The notes under the pieces are model-generated. The model was not told where the DNA came from. It was given only the letters and a program-made list of their open reading frames with translations, and did not search any database. 64,000 nt of DNA, from NCBI RefSeq assembly GCF_009914755.1, contig NC_060929.1, one strand, 5' to 3'. A program made the position numbers and the translations under genes. The DNA comes from the human T2T-CHM13v2.0 reference genome, Homo sapiens. This document shows, piece after piece, positions 1 to 13,895 of this stretch; the stretch's first letter is position 1; each line of letters starts with the position of its first letter.

Positions 1-2592
1 AGAGGGTCACAAAGATAGGAGATGGCTCTGAAAAGAAAAGTGCTAGTCCTTGGGGATTAGAATTCTTGAACCTGTCAGGAAGTTAAATGTGTCTCAGCTG
101 AAGGCAGTTGTTCACTTAGACTTTCAAAAATGAAAATATTTTTGATAGATTAAAAAAGACCATTATAGATGGACAGATACACATACCTACATACACGCAC
201 ACAAACACACACACGTAGATATATATTGCAAAAGGATGTGTGCAAATAAATCAGGGACACATGTATGGCTTGTTTTAGTAAAAATAGAGTCAAATTATAA
301 AAAAAGAATTTTCTGCCACAATTGGCATGCTATTTCAGCTATAGCAGTCTTTCTAAACTCGATTCTCACATTCAGTTTTGGCCAGGACTTTTACTATTGC
401 CATGGGAGATGTGAAGAATAAACAGGTACCAGCCCCTGTATAACTGGGATATGGTTGCACGGTTGTGGAGGACATTGATAATTTTTCTATATATTAGGGT
501 GATGAGTGTGTAATATAATATATTTTAAAATTAGGCCACAATTTAAAGTTATCTAGGGTTAGTTTCTGCTCTATTACGAGCCACTTAATTCACTTCCATC
601 AATTATGTAAATGTAGTTTGAATTTATGTATCCTTTGTCCTTTAGACAAGGTATGAAAACACATTTTATTTTTTTAGTTTCCTGTAGCTTAGCAATACTG
701 TCTGCCACTTTAGTTTGCAGAATTGGAGGGTGGGAGTGGGGTTAGTTGAGGTTTCTGGGAAGCAAAGAATCTTAATGAGATCCTGGCCATCTCAAGATTA
801 ACAGTTACGACAGTGTGCTTGGTTAGCCAGGGTGGCCCTAGCTAAGGTCTGTTGGCAGGAAGGAGCACCAAGAATTTCAAGGTGTCCTCCACAAGAAAGC
901 CGATGACTCAAGTTCAACACAGAGCCACATGCATTCATGGGTGACTGTGAATTTTGGCATGAGATATGCTTTGCATTTGTTGTGCTGTATGCACTAGAGA
1001 ACAATGAATGTTGTGAAGAAAATTACAACATTTGAATTCATCACAACACATCTACAACTGTGGGCACCAGGTTGAGGTCAGTGAGTAGTACATCACTGCA
1101 CTTGTGAGACTGCAGGCAAATCAACCCTTCAGTGGAACATTTTTTTTTTTAAAAAGAGGATTTGGTTCCTGTAGGGCAGAGGTGGAGATAATTGGTGAAG
1201 ATATTAAGTTATTTGCACAATGTCTAGCACTTATTATGTGCTCTATAAATATTTGGTAAAAATAAGTATTGGTTATTATTGAGTATTATAGAGAGGCAGT
1301 ATATTAGGATGAAATGTACACATTATTCAGGACCAAAAGGCTTTGGTACAAATTCAGCCTCTAAGTGAATTTAGGCAAAACTTTACAGATGCCTAGTATT
1401 TTGTAGTTCACAAAACATTTTAAAAAACAGCATGACAGCATGTCATTTAATTGCCCTCACCACCTCGACTTTCTCACCTGTGACACTGGAGAGACAGTAG
1501 CACCTGCCCTACCTCCTTTATGCACTCATGATTATGAAATATGATGACTTTGAAAGTACCATGTAAATGACAATAAGTTGTACACATGTTATTTATTATC
1601 CCTGTCATTATCAGGAGGTGGTACTGAGCTAGGATCCATGGGGCCAAATATATAGGCATGAGTGAAGGTTTAGCGGCTTTGCTTCAAACAATTTAAGTGG
1701 AAGTTCTGAAGACTCCAATATGCAAACAAGATATATGAAATTAAATGATAAAGAAGAAATGGTGATGTTTTTCAAATAGCTTTAGGTGATTGTATCTAAG
1801 TGAATTAATTTGTATTTATTAAACACTAAAATGAATCTATTAAGCACTTATGATAAATCTGACACAAGACAATAAGCTTTATGGAAGCAGAGGCTGGGTC
1901 TGTCTTTGCTACCATTTTATCCCAGCATCTAGCTTTGATTAAACCAACAACATTGTGTTTGGTATGTTGGGGGTACATCAAAGTGCAAGACATGGTCCCT
2001 ATAGTATCTCTCTTCCTTCCTCAAACATTTATTGAGAAGGTATTATACAACAGGCACCCTGTTAGACTCAGGCAAACTAGAAACAGACCATTCCATTGAC
2101 AAGCAAACAGTCCAGAGAGAGATTTACATGTAGAAAGATGAGACAAATATGATACAATGTGACAAGTAATATAACAAAGCATGAACAAGTGCTGTGGGAG
2201 GAGACTCATGGATAGAGCACTCTACCTTGTCTAAATCTGAGTAGTTACTTCTATGAAAAATATCTGTAGAGCCACACAAGTTTGTGAGTACTCAAGTGAT
2301 AGATATTACAAGAATGTAGAGATTAAAAACCTATTTCCATTAAATATCTAAGAATGTACTATATAGTATCAGGAGATAATAGGAAAAATCATCTCATACC
2401 TGGTCTATGGAGCAATGAGAAAATAAATATAAAATATTTATTTAGAGGCATTTTTAGTTATGCACCTGATCCCAAATATGTTGCTCAATTGAATCCAAAA
2501 TTTGACAGTGCTTGGAACAAAACTCTGATCATACTAACAGCTTTGAGCATTCACACAGTATTAATGCATTTGCAGTTTTAAATCTTAGGTAA

Positions 2593-3009
2593 TGTGTTAA
2601 TCCACTGTGTTTCTATAAAGGAATTCTGGAGCCTGGGAAATTTATGAAGAAAATAGTTTTATTTTGGCTCATGGCTCTGCAGACTGTATAGGAAGTATGA
2701 TGCCAGAATCTGTTTCTGGCAAGGCCTCAGGAAGCTTACAAGCATGGCAGAAGGAGAATGGGGGCCAGCGTGTCATATGGCAAGAGAGAGAGTAAGAGAA
2801 AGAGGAGGAAGTTCTAGGCTCTTTTAAACAACCAGGTCTCATGTGAACTCATAGAGTGAGAACTCATTAATTGCCATGAGAATGGCATCAAGACATTCAT
2901 GAGGGATCCACTCCCATAATCCTAACATTTCTCACCAGGGCCCACCTTCAACATTGGGGATTACATTTCAACATGAGATTTGGAGGGAACAAACATGCAA
3001 ACAGTATCA
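2593..3009 (-). mobile_element. MST-family (MaLR) solo LTR, MSTA/MSTB-like
   Basis: TG...CA termini. The reverse complement reads TGATACTGTTTGCATGTTTGTTCCCTCCAAATCTCATGTTGAAATGTAATCCCCAATGTTG, matching the MST 5' end. Near-TSD GGTAA/TGTAA. Confidence 0.9.
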
Positions 3010-6000
3010 TGTAATGTTATTCCATGCCAAGAAATGGAAGAACAAGATCTTCATGCTCCTTAAACAACAAATTCAACTTTCTGTCCTATTGGTAACTAAT
3101 GAGGCCTTCAAACAGTATAGGAGATTTTGGCTTCTCTTCTCAAAGGTGAGAGAACTTTAGCTACTGACTCACAGCCTTCTTGTCCATCTTTATTACTATC
3201 TCCATTCTTCTTGACTTCAGTATCTCCTCTTCCTTGAAGTCCTCCTCTCTAATTTCCTGGTCTTCTTTTCCCTTTGAGTTGCCCACTCTTGCTCATACCT
3301 TAATTTATATAGTACCATCAAAATGTCAACACAACACAAATCTAGAGTTTGGACATTCCACTCTGAATCTCGGCATCACTCTTCCTTATTGCTACAGTTC
3401 AATGGTTCATCTGCCCATTTAATCCATCCACAAGTCCAACTGGTGCTATGTCAAAAATATATCTTGCACCCATTCATTATCTTTCTCTCCTTGTATTACC
3501 TTTGGCTAAACAACCATCAGTCATTTAGATTCTGTTAAACTTGTAACTACAGCTTAACAAACCAATAACAATTCTAATGAAAATACTAGCACAGTTAAGC
3601 AGACATGCTAAATTTCCTATTAAAGAAAGATTAGAGTAAATGTAAGATTTATTTACCTTAAAAAGGAGAGTGCAGCTTAAAAGGAAATGTAAATAAAGCT
3701 TAATGCGCCTTATTTACAGAGTTAAAGGCAATACATCTGCCTTATACTGACATCATTACCCTGTCTATCATCACATATGAGCTAATTTATGTTATAGAAA
3801 TATATTTAGAGCAAATTAGACTTATCCATAAACTTTCCAAAAGCCAATGTTCTATAAAACTAAGTTTTAATTTTCTCAAGAAATTTTAAAATCTTTTGAA
3901 TTCTTAATTAATATGAATGAATTCATATACCGTGAAAAAAGTCAGAAAATCTGGGATTTAGTATTTATAGTGCCACGAGAGAATCATGTGACTTTTAGTT
4001 AGTCACTCTAGCTAGTTAGTAACTTCTTTTTTTAAAAAAGCAAATATTATACCTGACTTGTCTTCATCACAGGATTGTTATGATTAAATGAATTATAATG
4101 AGTATAGAGAGGAACATATAATGAGAATAATGAGTCTAAAACTACTTTGAGCACTAAAAAACACTATGTAGATGTAAAGTGTTTAGATTATTATGAGGAA
4201 AACTTATTACTGGCAATTGCTAAATCTTACCTTTGTATATCAAAGAGATAATGGCAAAAAGTACACAGCCTCCAGGGTACTTACCTATGAAACTCTGCCT
4301 TTAAACAGAGCCACTACCCAAACTCCCAAGAGACGGAGACCCAACCTCCTCATAAGAATGTAAGCTGATCACAGGAGGACAAAAGGAAAAATCTTACAAC
4401 TAAACAAACGTAAGCAGATTGTGAATCAGCCTGGAAAGCGAAGCATATTCCCGCTGCCATTAACAGGGACACACGGCATAGGGGTTCCCACGACCAATGA
4501 GAAAGACATATTTGGGGATAATTGTCCACAGTCATTTCCTCCTTTGCAAGAAATGGAGACAGCATTATAGGGAATCAAAATGCAAACCACTCCTTTAGAC
4601 CAGAGTCCAAATGTAAGTATACTTATACCTATACCAATACCTAAACCTATATCATTTATATCTATATTTTTAATAGTTAAAGGGCAAAGCAGAAGGTAAG
4701 GCTGAGCTGCAATATGTAAAGGGAGGATTTGGAAACTTTGCTAAGATTTGTTTCAGTGAATGGGCAGTTCAAAACTGAATCTAGAGCCACAGAGAAAATT
4801 CCATAGATTGTGTAAATCTCAGAGCCAAGCACTGAAAAAAAAAGTGACTGGATGTGATAGATGTAAAAATGGACTCAATTACTCAGGGATTTGATGGCTT
4901 TAAAATAAAAATTAGAGGGATGGATGAAAGAATACAGTCATTGAAGGAATCCACTTTGGTATTTAAACAGGGCTTGAAAACCTCAGAGCAGCAGATTGCT
5001 GTTATAATTAGAGATAATGTTTCACTTCGTTTTAAAAATGAATCATTGGTAAGACAGTGGGAAAAAAAAGTCTACAGATGCTTTGTCCTCTCATCAGTGC
5101 AGGCATTAGAATTCTAAAGGAAAGGATAGGAATATTTTAACATGTCTTTTTGGCTTCATTCATTTATTTTTCAATCATTCATGCAATATACAAATAATTA
5201 GTGAGTACCTTCTAGGTGTTAAGGCATAATGGTAGGTGTGCAGCTACAATATAGCACAAATGAAAGCTAAAATCTGACAACTGTGGTTCATAAACAAATA
5301 TGTAGATGGTCCATGTAAATAGAATACCTTCATAGACCTATTTTACCAATATATTTATTTTAATATAATAGATTTTATTAAAATAATGAATGTATATACT
5401 TAAAAATATTTAATAGTACAAGCAAACAATGCTCAATCTGCATGTATTTACATCTTTATTTTGTCTGGTTTTTCTATTCGATAAATTCCTGAGATGGAAA
5501 GTCTGGGTCAAAATTATATGCGTTTCACATTTAAACTGATTGATAGTGCAAAATTTGCATTATGTGTGCCTGTTCACATTCCCTAATCACTCTCAGAGCA
5601 TTCTTGACAACACTGGTATTATAAAAGTATGCAATCTTGTTGAATGGATAAGTGACAAACCATACCATATTTAGTGTGTGTTTCTTTAAATATGGAAAAG
5701 AATATACTTTTTTTACATGTTTATTGACCTTTTATATTTATTACTCTGGGAGTTGCCCCATTCCTTAGATTGTTTTGTCTTGTCGATTTGAAATAAATCT
5801 CAACTCATCTAGATCTGGAAGGGCAGCAAGCAAGGGATATCTGGCCCACCATCTTGTAGTATGTTCATATGCTTTGATCATATGCTTTTAACCTTTGACA
5901 TATAGCATTTCTATGGTCAAACCATCTTTACATTCCTGGGATGAACTCAACTTGATCACATTTTACTATTTTTCTCTGTCCAATATGAAATTTAGGATTT

Positions 6001-6309
6001 TAGCATCCATATTCATGAATACTATATGTAATATGATAGTTTTTTAAAACTATATATTCATTCATACTATTAAAAATTATGCCAGAGATATGATTTAAAA
6101 CTAAGTAGCTGAAAAAACATTACATAAATTTTTGTGTCAATATGGATAGGCTTCAAATATATATTGTTTAACGAAACAAAAGCCAAGTTGCAAAAAAAGT
6201 ATGAATAGTGAAATCTTTGTATTTTTTTAAGTACGTTATATAGATATGGGAGTTGTTAGTAATTATTAACCTCTAAGGAATAGGTTTTAAGCCTTGGGTT
6301 TGGGCAAGA

Positions 6310-6311
<2 letters not shown>

Positions 6312-6353
<42 letters not shown>
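6312..6353. repeat. (TG)21 microsatellite
   Basis: Perfect TG run read directly from the sequence. Confidence 0.97.
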
Positions 6354-6361
<8 letters not shown>

Positions 6362-8489
6362 CACATGTGCATGTTTTACTATTAAATATTTTATATTTAT
6401 TCTTATAAATATTTATAAATATTCTTGTACTCTCTTTGTTACATTTGACACTGGCCTTGGAAGACTAAGAAATTTTCTCTTCTATATATGACCTAAAATT
6501 GTTAAAATAACCTACATGTTCTTTATAGGTTTGAAAGAATTGATAAACTGATTTGTGAAGCTGTCTGAGGCAAATGTTTTTGCTGATGCGAGTGACTTGT
6601 GATTTTCTTAGTTTCTTCTATAGCAATGGGTTTGTTAATTTGTTATTACTTTCTCATTTATATTTTAATAGAAAATCATTCATTTTAAAGAGTAAGATTT
6701 ATAATTTCAGTATATTTTTATTTTACTCTGTGCAAAATAATTTTCTTACTTTTAATTTAATTGTTTTTGTGTCTGCACTTACAATTGTATCTCATTTTTA
6801 ATTTGCTACTTTCCCAATGATACTTCTAACTTCATATATGATGATTTCTCATCATTTACTTAAATTAAGTGGTTATTAACTTTTCTATTACATCGGATTT
6901 CCCTATAAACAAGTAACTGTTGGATTGCTTTCTTTTCACATTTTATTGAATTTGCTTTTAACTGTAAGTCAGTTCTTCTCATATATTTTATCTTTTCTTG
7001 CTATTGAATACTTAAATTTTATTTTTATTTCTTCTTGCAAGGAATTTTAAGACTATAGATTTTCTCTAAAAATAGTGTTGGCCAAACCCCATGGGTTCTA
7101 ATTTGTGTGTGTTTTTTTCCCATTATTATTTTGTAAGTACTCTGCATTTGTTTTGCTTTGTTGACCAAAGTGTTGACAAAGATGGTTTTTAGTTTTGTTC
7201 TATTACTAGGTTCTTCCAAATCTCTTCCTTTTAGGTATTCTTTGTGCCTTTTCTGGTATAAGCAACTAGTAAACAGATTTTTTTTTTTTTACAAAGTACA
7301 ATTTTAAACCTAATTTTGTGACCCTAAAATGTACATTCCTGTATACTAAAGCAATAAAAGTAATATGTACATATCTTTTTAAAATTTTATGGTCTATTTA
7401 TTTGCCAGTGGCTTTATTTTAAAGACAATGGCTAAATGAACTTACATATATAATACATATAAAATATAATATATTTCATATATTAACATTCTTTAAAATA
7501 TTGCAAGCTCTCTGAAATTGAGGGCTAGTTTAATTGCAGATTTTTTTTAGTGATGAGTAATTATATACTTTTCTATTAATGACATCTTAGTTTCAATGAA
7601 ACATGGTATTATCAGAAACAGACATATTCTGAGATATAATTTTATATTAAAATTTAGTTCACTGCTTTAGTAAAAATCATGTATTATTCATGATCTGTTT
7701 GCACCTAACATTGGGACTGTTTTACAATATGCAATTATATCTTGATGGTGTAATTTAATCAAACTATTTCTGAATTCTTGAATTAACTTAAAAAATAGTA
7801 TGTCACTCTAGAAAGAATACTGTACCAAGAGTCAGGATACACATCATTCTCTCCACTTTATTACTCTCACATCTGCTCTCAGCCCTTGCTGTATCCTGCC
7901 CTCAGCTCTCACCAGTGCTAACTCCATTCATCCTCTGCTGTCCTCACAGGCTCTTCTCTCACCTGAAACTCTGTGGGCAGCCTCTTCCCAGGGTTATCAC
8001 ACCACTCCAGTTACCTTGCCTCTTTTTAACCCTATTATGTTCAAATTATCAAAACACACTTTGGGAAACTCCTATGGGTGCCTTATCTCGATCCAGATAC
8101 TGGGCTAATCAGAGTTGGAAGGATCATCTGATCTGATCCATACTAAAAATAAAGAAATTGAAATTAGATAAGTTAATGACCTTATCTCTGTCTCTCACCT
8201 TGAGCACCTTGAAGTAATCTATCATCAACTATCTCAATTTTTTTACTTCTGTACTTCACAGCCATTCTTTTGTTCTATCCAGTCTTCTCATCCCCTCTTC
8301 TTATCTCAGAAAAAGGAATGTACTTCCTCTCTGAAGCTAGTCTATCTATTTCTACATCAAAAGGTTAATGTTAATTTTCCTCATGCCATTTCTTTTTCCA
8401 CTCTTTTTATCTTAGGCCTCTTTTAACTCATAGAAGTGTTTATTTCTCCCTCTTATTTTTGGCCAGCATATTTATATCTTTGTTACTAT

Positions 8490-9060
8490 ACTTAAAATCC
8501 AATGGCTTTTATAAAAGCATGAAAAATGTTCAACTTCCCACATAATTGTATAAGTGTAAGTTAAAATGACACAAATTTACGTATATCAGACAATCAAAAA
8601 TTTAAAAGTTGTCAATACATAAATTAGCCAAGAGTTTGGATCAATAGGTAGCGTCTTAATGGGAATGGAAATCAGTACAACCTCTATGAATATAAATTTG
8701 GCAATATCTATCCAAGTTTAAAATGCAATTTCAAATCTAGAAAATACTCATACAATTGGACAGATTTCATTGTCACTATTTTTAATAATAAAAAAGTCAC
8801 CAAAAGGTAAATGTACAGAAATAAAGCTTTAATTAAATATGTCATTGTATATAAATATAAGAAACTATGGTGAAGCTGCTCAGAAAAATTAAGTGATGAA
8901 ATTGTACACACTCAAACATTTTTTGTTATTTTAATATCAAGATACAGAAATATATACACACATACATCACTTATATATGCACAGATGTCTGAAAACTACC
9001 TAAAAATTATTGCTGCCTCTTAGTATTATGGTTTAAAGTTTTTGCCGTGTTACTTTCATA
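8490..9060 (+). mobile_element. Old L1M (L1ME-like) 3' fragment
   Basis: Degenerate L1 ORF2-end motifs (CATGAAAAATGTTCAACTTC, GGGAATGGAAATCAGTACAACC, AATTTGGCAATATCTATC). Boundaries approximate. Confidence 0.6.
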
Positions 9061-9073
9061 TTTAAAAAATAGC

Positions 9074-9415
<342 letters not shown>

Positions 9416-9639
9416 CTAACAGTAAAATCTCATCATTAAGTTCAGGCTGTTGTTTTTATTCTTGATACTGTTTACAATTCTGTTCATTGCATAAAATAAA
9501 ATAGCGTCAAAATTAGAAAGATGCCCTCTTTCCCCCTAGTGTGTCTAGATCTCATTACCTAGAAGCAATCTTCATTAATATTTTGGTATCTTTTCTTTGC
9601 GAATATTGTCTATCCTTATTGCTCTTGCCTGGGCTTTCT

Positions 9640-10222
<583 letters not shown>

Positions 10223-10570
10223 TTAACAATTCTCTGAACTCTCCATCACTAAAATGCTTTTCCCATTGACTTTGCCACACACAATTTATTATTCTCTCAT
10301 TTTTCCTCTGCTACCACATTTCTTGAGTTGTAAGTTGCTTTCTACACTGCTACTTCCTTTAACAACTAGGTTGCCCTTTTTCTTTTGCCATCTGAGTCTT
10401 TTTTTCTGCATTACTCTACTAAAAGTTCTACATATCACTCTCTAAAGGCCTAAAGTAGTCACCAAATAAAATGACAGTTCCTCAGTACTATGCAACCTTT
10501 TTACAGCATTTTGAACCTTTGTGTTGATCCTCTTTGAAATTTTCTTTTCTCTTGGTTTTCTTCACAATTT

Positions 10571-12970
10571 TCTCTTTCTTTTATTATTTTTATAGATTTA
10601 GGGGATACAAGGGCAGATTTCTCACATGCATGTATTGTATAGTGATGGAGTCAGGGCTTTTATTGTACCCATCACCTGAATGGTTAACATTTGTACCTGA
10701 TAGATAATTTTCAACCCTCCCTCACCTCTCACTCTCCCACCTTTTGTAGCCTTTAATGTCTGTTATTCAACTCTAAATGTCCATGTACACCTGTAATAGT
10801 CAGGGTTCTCTAGAGAAACAGAACTAATAGGATGTATATATATATATATATATATCTCCTATTAGTGCCTATATATACATATATATATGTGTTCATTAAT
10901 ATATATATGAGTTTATTAAATATTAACTTTCCTGACCACAAGGTCCCACAATAAGCTGTCTGCAAGCTTGAGGAGCAAGGAGAGCCAGTTTGAGTCTCAA
11001 AACTGAAGAATTTGTAGTCCTATGTTTGAGGGCAGGAAGCATCCGGCACAGGAGAAAGATGTAGGCTGGGAACCTAGGCCAGTCTCGCTTTTTCACATTT
11101 TTCTGCCTGCTCTGTATTCACTGGCAGCTGATTAGATGGTGCCCACCAGATCAAGGGTGTGTCTGCCATCCCCAGCCGACTGACTCAAATGTTAATATCC
11201 TTTGGCAACACCCTCACAGACACACCCAGGATCAATACTTTACATCCTTCGATCCAATCAAGTTGACACTCAGTATTAACCATCACAGTACCCTTTGTTT
11301 AGCTCCTACTTATAAATGAGAACATTCAGTATTTGACTTTGTTTCTGAGTTATTTCACTTAGGATAATGACCACTAATTCTATCCATGTTGCTACAGGAG
11401 ACAAAATTTCATTGTTTTCTCTGTGGCTGAGTAGTATACCGTGGTGTGTGTGTGTATATATATATATATAGTATATATATGCAATATTGTGTCTGTATAC
11501 AACATACAATATATATGCAATATACATATATGTGTGTATATATATACACACATATATTGCATTCTCTTTCTCCAATTATCCATTGATGGACACTTAGGCT
11601 GATTCCTTGATTTTGCTGTTGTGAATAGCACTGCAATAAACCTACAAATGCAGGTATCATTTTGATATATAGATATAGATATAGATATAATGATTTATTT
11701 CCCTTTGGAAAGGGAATTTGTATTTTTATTTCTTTGAGAAGTCTCCATACTGTTTTCCATAAAGGCTATACTAATTTACATTTCCACTAACAGTGTCTAA
11801 GTGTTCCTTTTTTTCCACATACTCACTAACATCTGTTGTTTTTTGACTTTTTAGTAATAGCCATTCTGACTGGTATAAGACGGTATCTCATTTGCCTTTT
11901 CATTTGCTTTTCTCTGATGATTAACAGTGTTGACCGTATTTTCATGTTTGTTGGTTGCTTGTTTGTCTTCTTTTGAAAAATGTCTGTTCACATCCTTTGC
12001 CCACTCTTGAAGTTATTTATTTTTTTCATATTGAGTTTTTTGAGTTTCTTACATTGTTTGAGTTCTGGATATTAGCCCTTTTAGATGCATAGTTTGCAAA
12101 TATTTTTTCCCATCCTGCAGGTTTTCTACTTACTCTGTTGACTGTTTCGTTTACTGTGCAGAAAGAAAGCTCTTTAGTTTAATTAAGTTCCATTTGTCTA
12201 TTTTTTAAAATTCTATTTGCTTTTGAGGACTTGATCTTAAGTTCTTTGCTTAGCCAAATGTCTAGAAAAATTTTTCCTAGGTTTTCTTCTAGGATATTTA
12301 CAGTTTCATATCTTACATTTAAGTCTTTAATCCATCTAGAGTTAATTTTTCTATATAATTAAAATATGAGTTCAGTTTCATTCTTCTGCATATGACTATC
12401 CAATTTTCCCAGAACAATTTGCTGAATAGGGTGCCCTTTCCCCAGTGTATATTTTTGTTGAATTTGTCAAGGATTAGTTGCTCATAGGTATGCGGCTTGA
12501 TTTCCAGGTTCTTTCTTCTGTTCCATTGATCTATGTGTCTATTTTTATACCAGTAGCATGCTGTTTTGGTTAATATAGTCTTACAATGTAATCTGAAGCG
12601 AAGTAATGTGTTGCCTCCAGCTTGTTCTTTCTGCTTAGGATTGTTTCGGCTATTTGGGTTTTTTTTTTTAATTTCGTATGAATTTTAGGTTTGATTTTTC
12701 TAATTCAGTGAAAAATGACATTGGTAATTTGATAGGGATTGTGTTGAATCTGTAGATTGCTTTGAGCAATATGGTCATTTTAACCATAATGATTCTTTCA
12801 GTCAATGAGCATGGTATGTTTTTCCATTTGTGTGTGACATATATAATTTCTTTCATCAGTGTTGTGTAGTTCTCCTTGTGGAGATCTCTCACCTTCTTGG
12901 TTAAATGTATTCCTAGGTATTTTATTTTATTTTTTATTTTTGTAGCTATTTTAAATTGGACTGAGTTCTT
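10571..12970 (-). mobile_element. 5'-truncated L1 (L1PB/L1MA age), interrupted by MLT2A
   Basis: ORF 12668-13027(-) gives L1 ORF2 peptide ([11 protein letters not shown]...WKNIPCS...[23 protein letters not shown]). L1 3'UTR at 10580-10790. TSD TTCTTCACAATTT at 10558-10570 and 12966-12978. Confidence 0.93.
10792..11287 (-). mobile_element. MLT2A (HERV-L) solo LTR
   Basis: The reverse complement starts TGTGATGGTTAATACTGAGTGTCAACTTGATTGGAT, the MLT2A 5' end. Internal (TA)n, TG...CA termini. Confidence 0.92.
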
Positions 12971-13547
12971 CACAATTTCTTTGCACCCTTCAAATGATCC
13001 TTCTTGTCTGTCATCTGCACTCCACATGCTCTTTGACCATTTTGTTTTCTCTTTTATGTTTTATCAGTTGGCAAGAACATTGAACCTCAAGGTTTTGAGG
13101 AATACTCCCAAATCTTTGTATTCAGCCATGCAATTTCTGCAGTTCATATTTTACATTTCCAGCTAGCTATGTCATATCTCTCAGGGGGAGATGTTAAATG
13201 TTGATCAAGCACTGATCTTCTGAGGTGTGTACCTCTATCGGGGATCTCTATTTTTGTCAAGAAAAACATCGTCTTTTGTCACTTTGATTAAATTCAGAGT
13301 TATTGTTGACTCTATCTTTTTCCTTGTCCCCGTATCCAACTGGTTCCTAACAATCATCGATCTTACTCTTTAAGTTTGCTAAGGTATTTAAGACTCCCAG
13401 ATCACTTTAAAAGCCTTTGAAATAGTTTCTATGCCTTTAGTCTCTTTCTCTCTTTAAACTTTCCTAAACACTACTTTTGAATAAATTTTGTACACTCTAG
13501 TTTATGTCAATGTTACTCAACTATTCAGAAACCTTTGATAGCTTCTC

Positions 13548-13745
13548 CACCACTTATCATCTACTTCATTGAAGCAGTTTTAGCATCATTATTAATGGCA
13601 TGGTCTTTAAAGCCAATCCTCCTGGGTTTGAATTCTAACTTCACCACTTATCATCTACTTCATTGAAGCAGTTTTAGCATCATTATTAATGGCATGGTCT
13701 TTAAAGCCAATCCTCCTGGGTTTGAATTCTACCTTCACCACTTAT
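13548..13745. repeat. 94-bp tandem duplication (2 copies, 1 mismatch)
   Basis: CACCACTTAT starts at 13548, 13642 and 13736. The two units differ only at CTAACTT versus CTACCTT. Confidence 0.97.
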
Positions 13746-13895
13746 TAGCTGAGTGAACTTGGGCAAATTACTTAACCTTCCTGTGCTCTAGGCTCCACAG
13801 TGATAAAATGGAGATATCAACGCTATTTTATAGTGTTGACAGGATGAAATGAGACAATATCTGCTTACTACAACATAGGTATTCAACCAATATTG
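13665..13895 (+). mobile_element. MIR (5' part included in the tandem duplication)
   Basis: CCTGGGTTTGAATTCT...CACTTATTAGCTGAGTGAACTTGGGCAAATTACTTAACC...TAAAATGGAGAT. Confidence 0.8.

Noticed and set aside
12668-13027. Reverse-transcriptase-region peptide
   Set aside because: It is a fragment of a truncated, mutated L1 ORF2 and is reported as a mobile element rather than a CDS.
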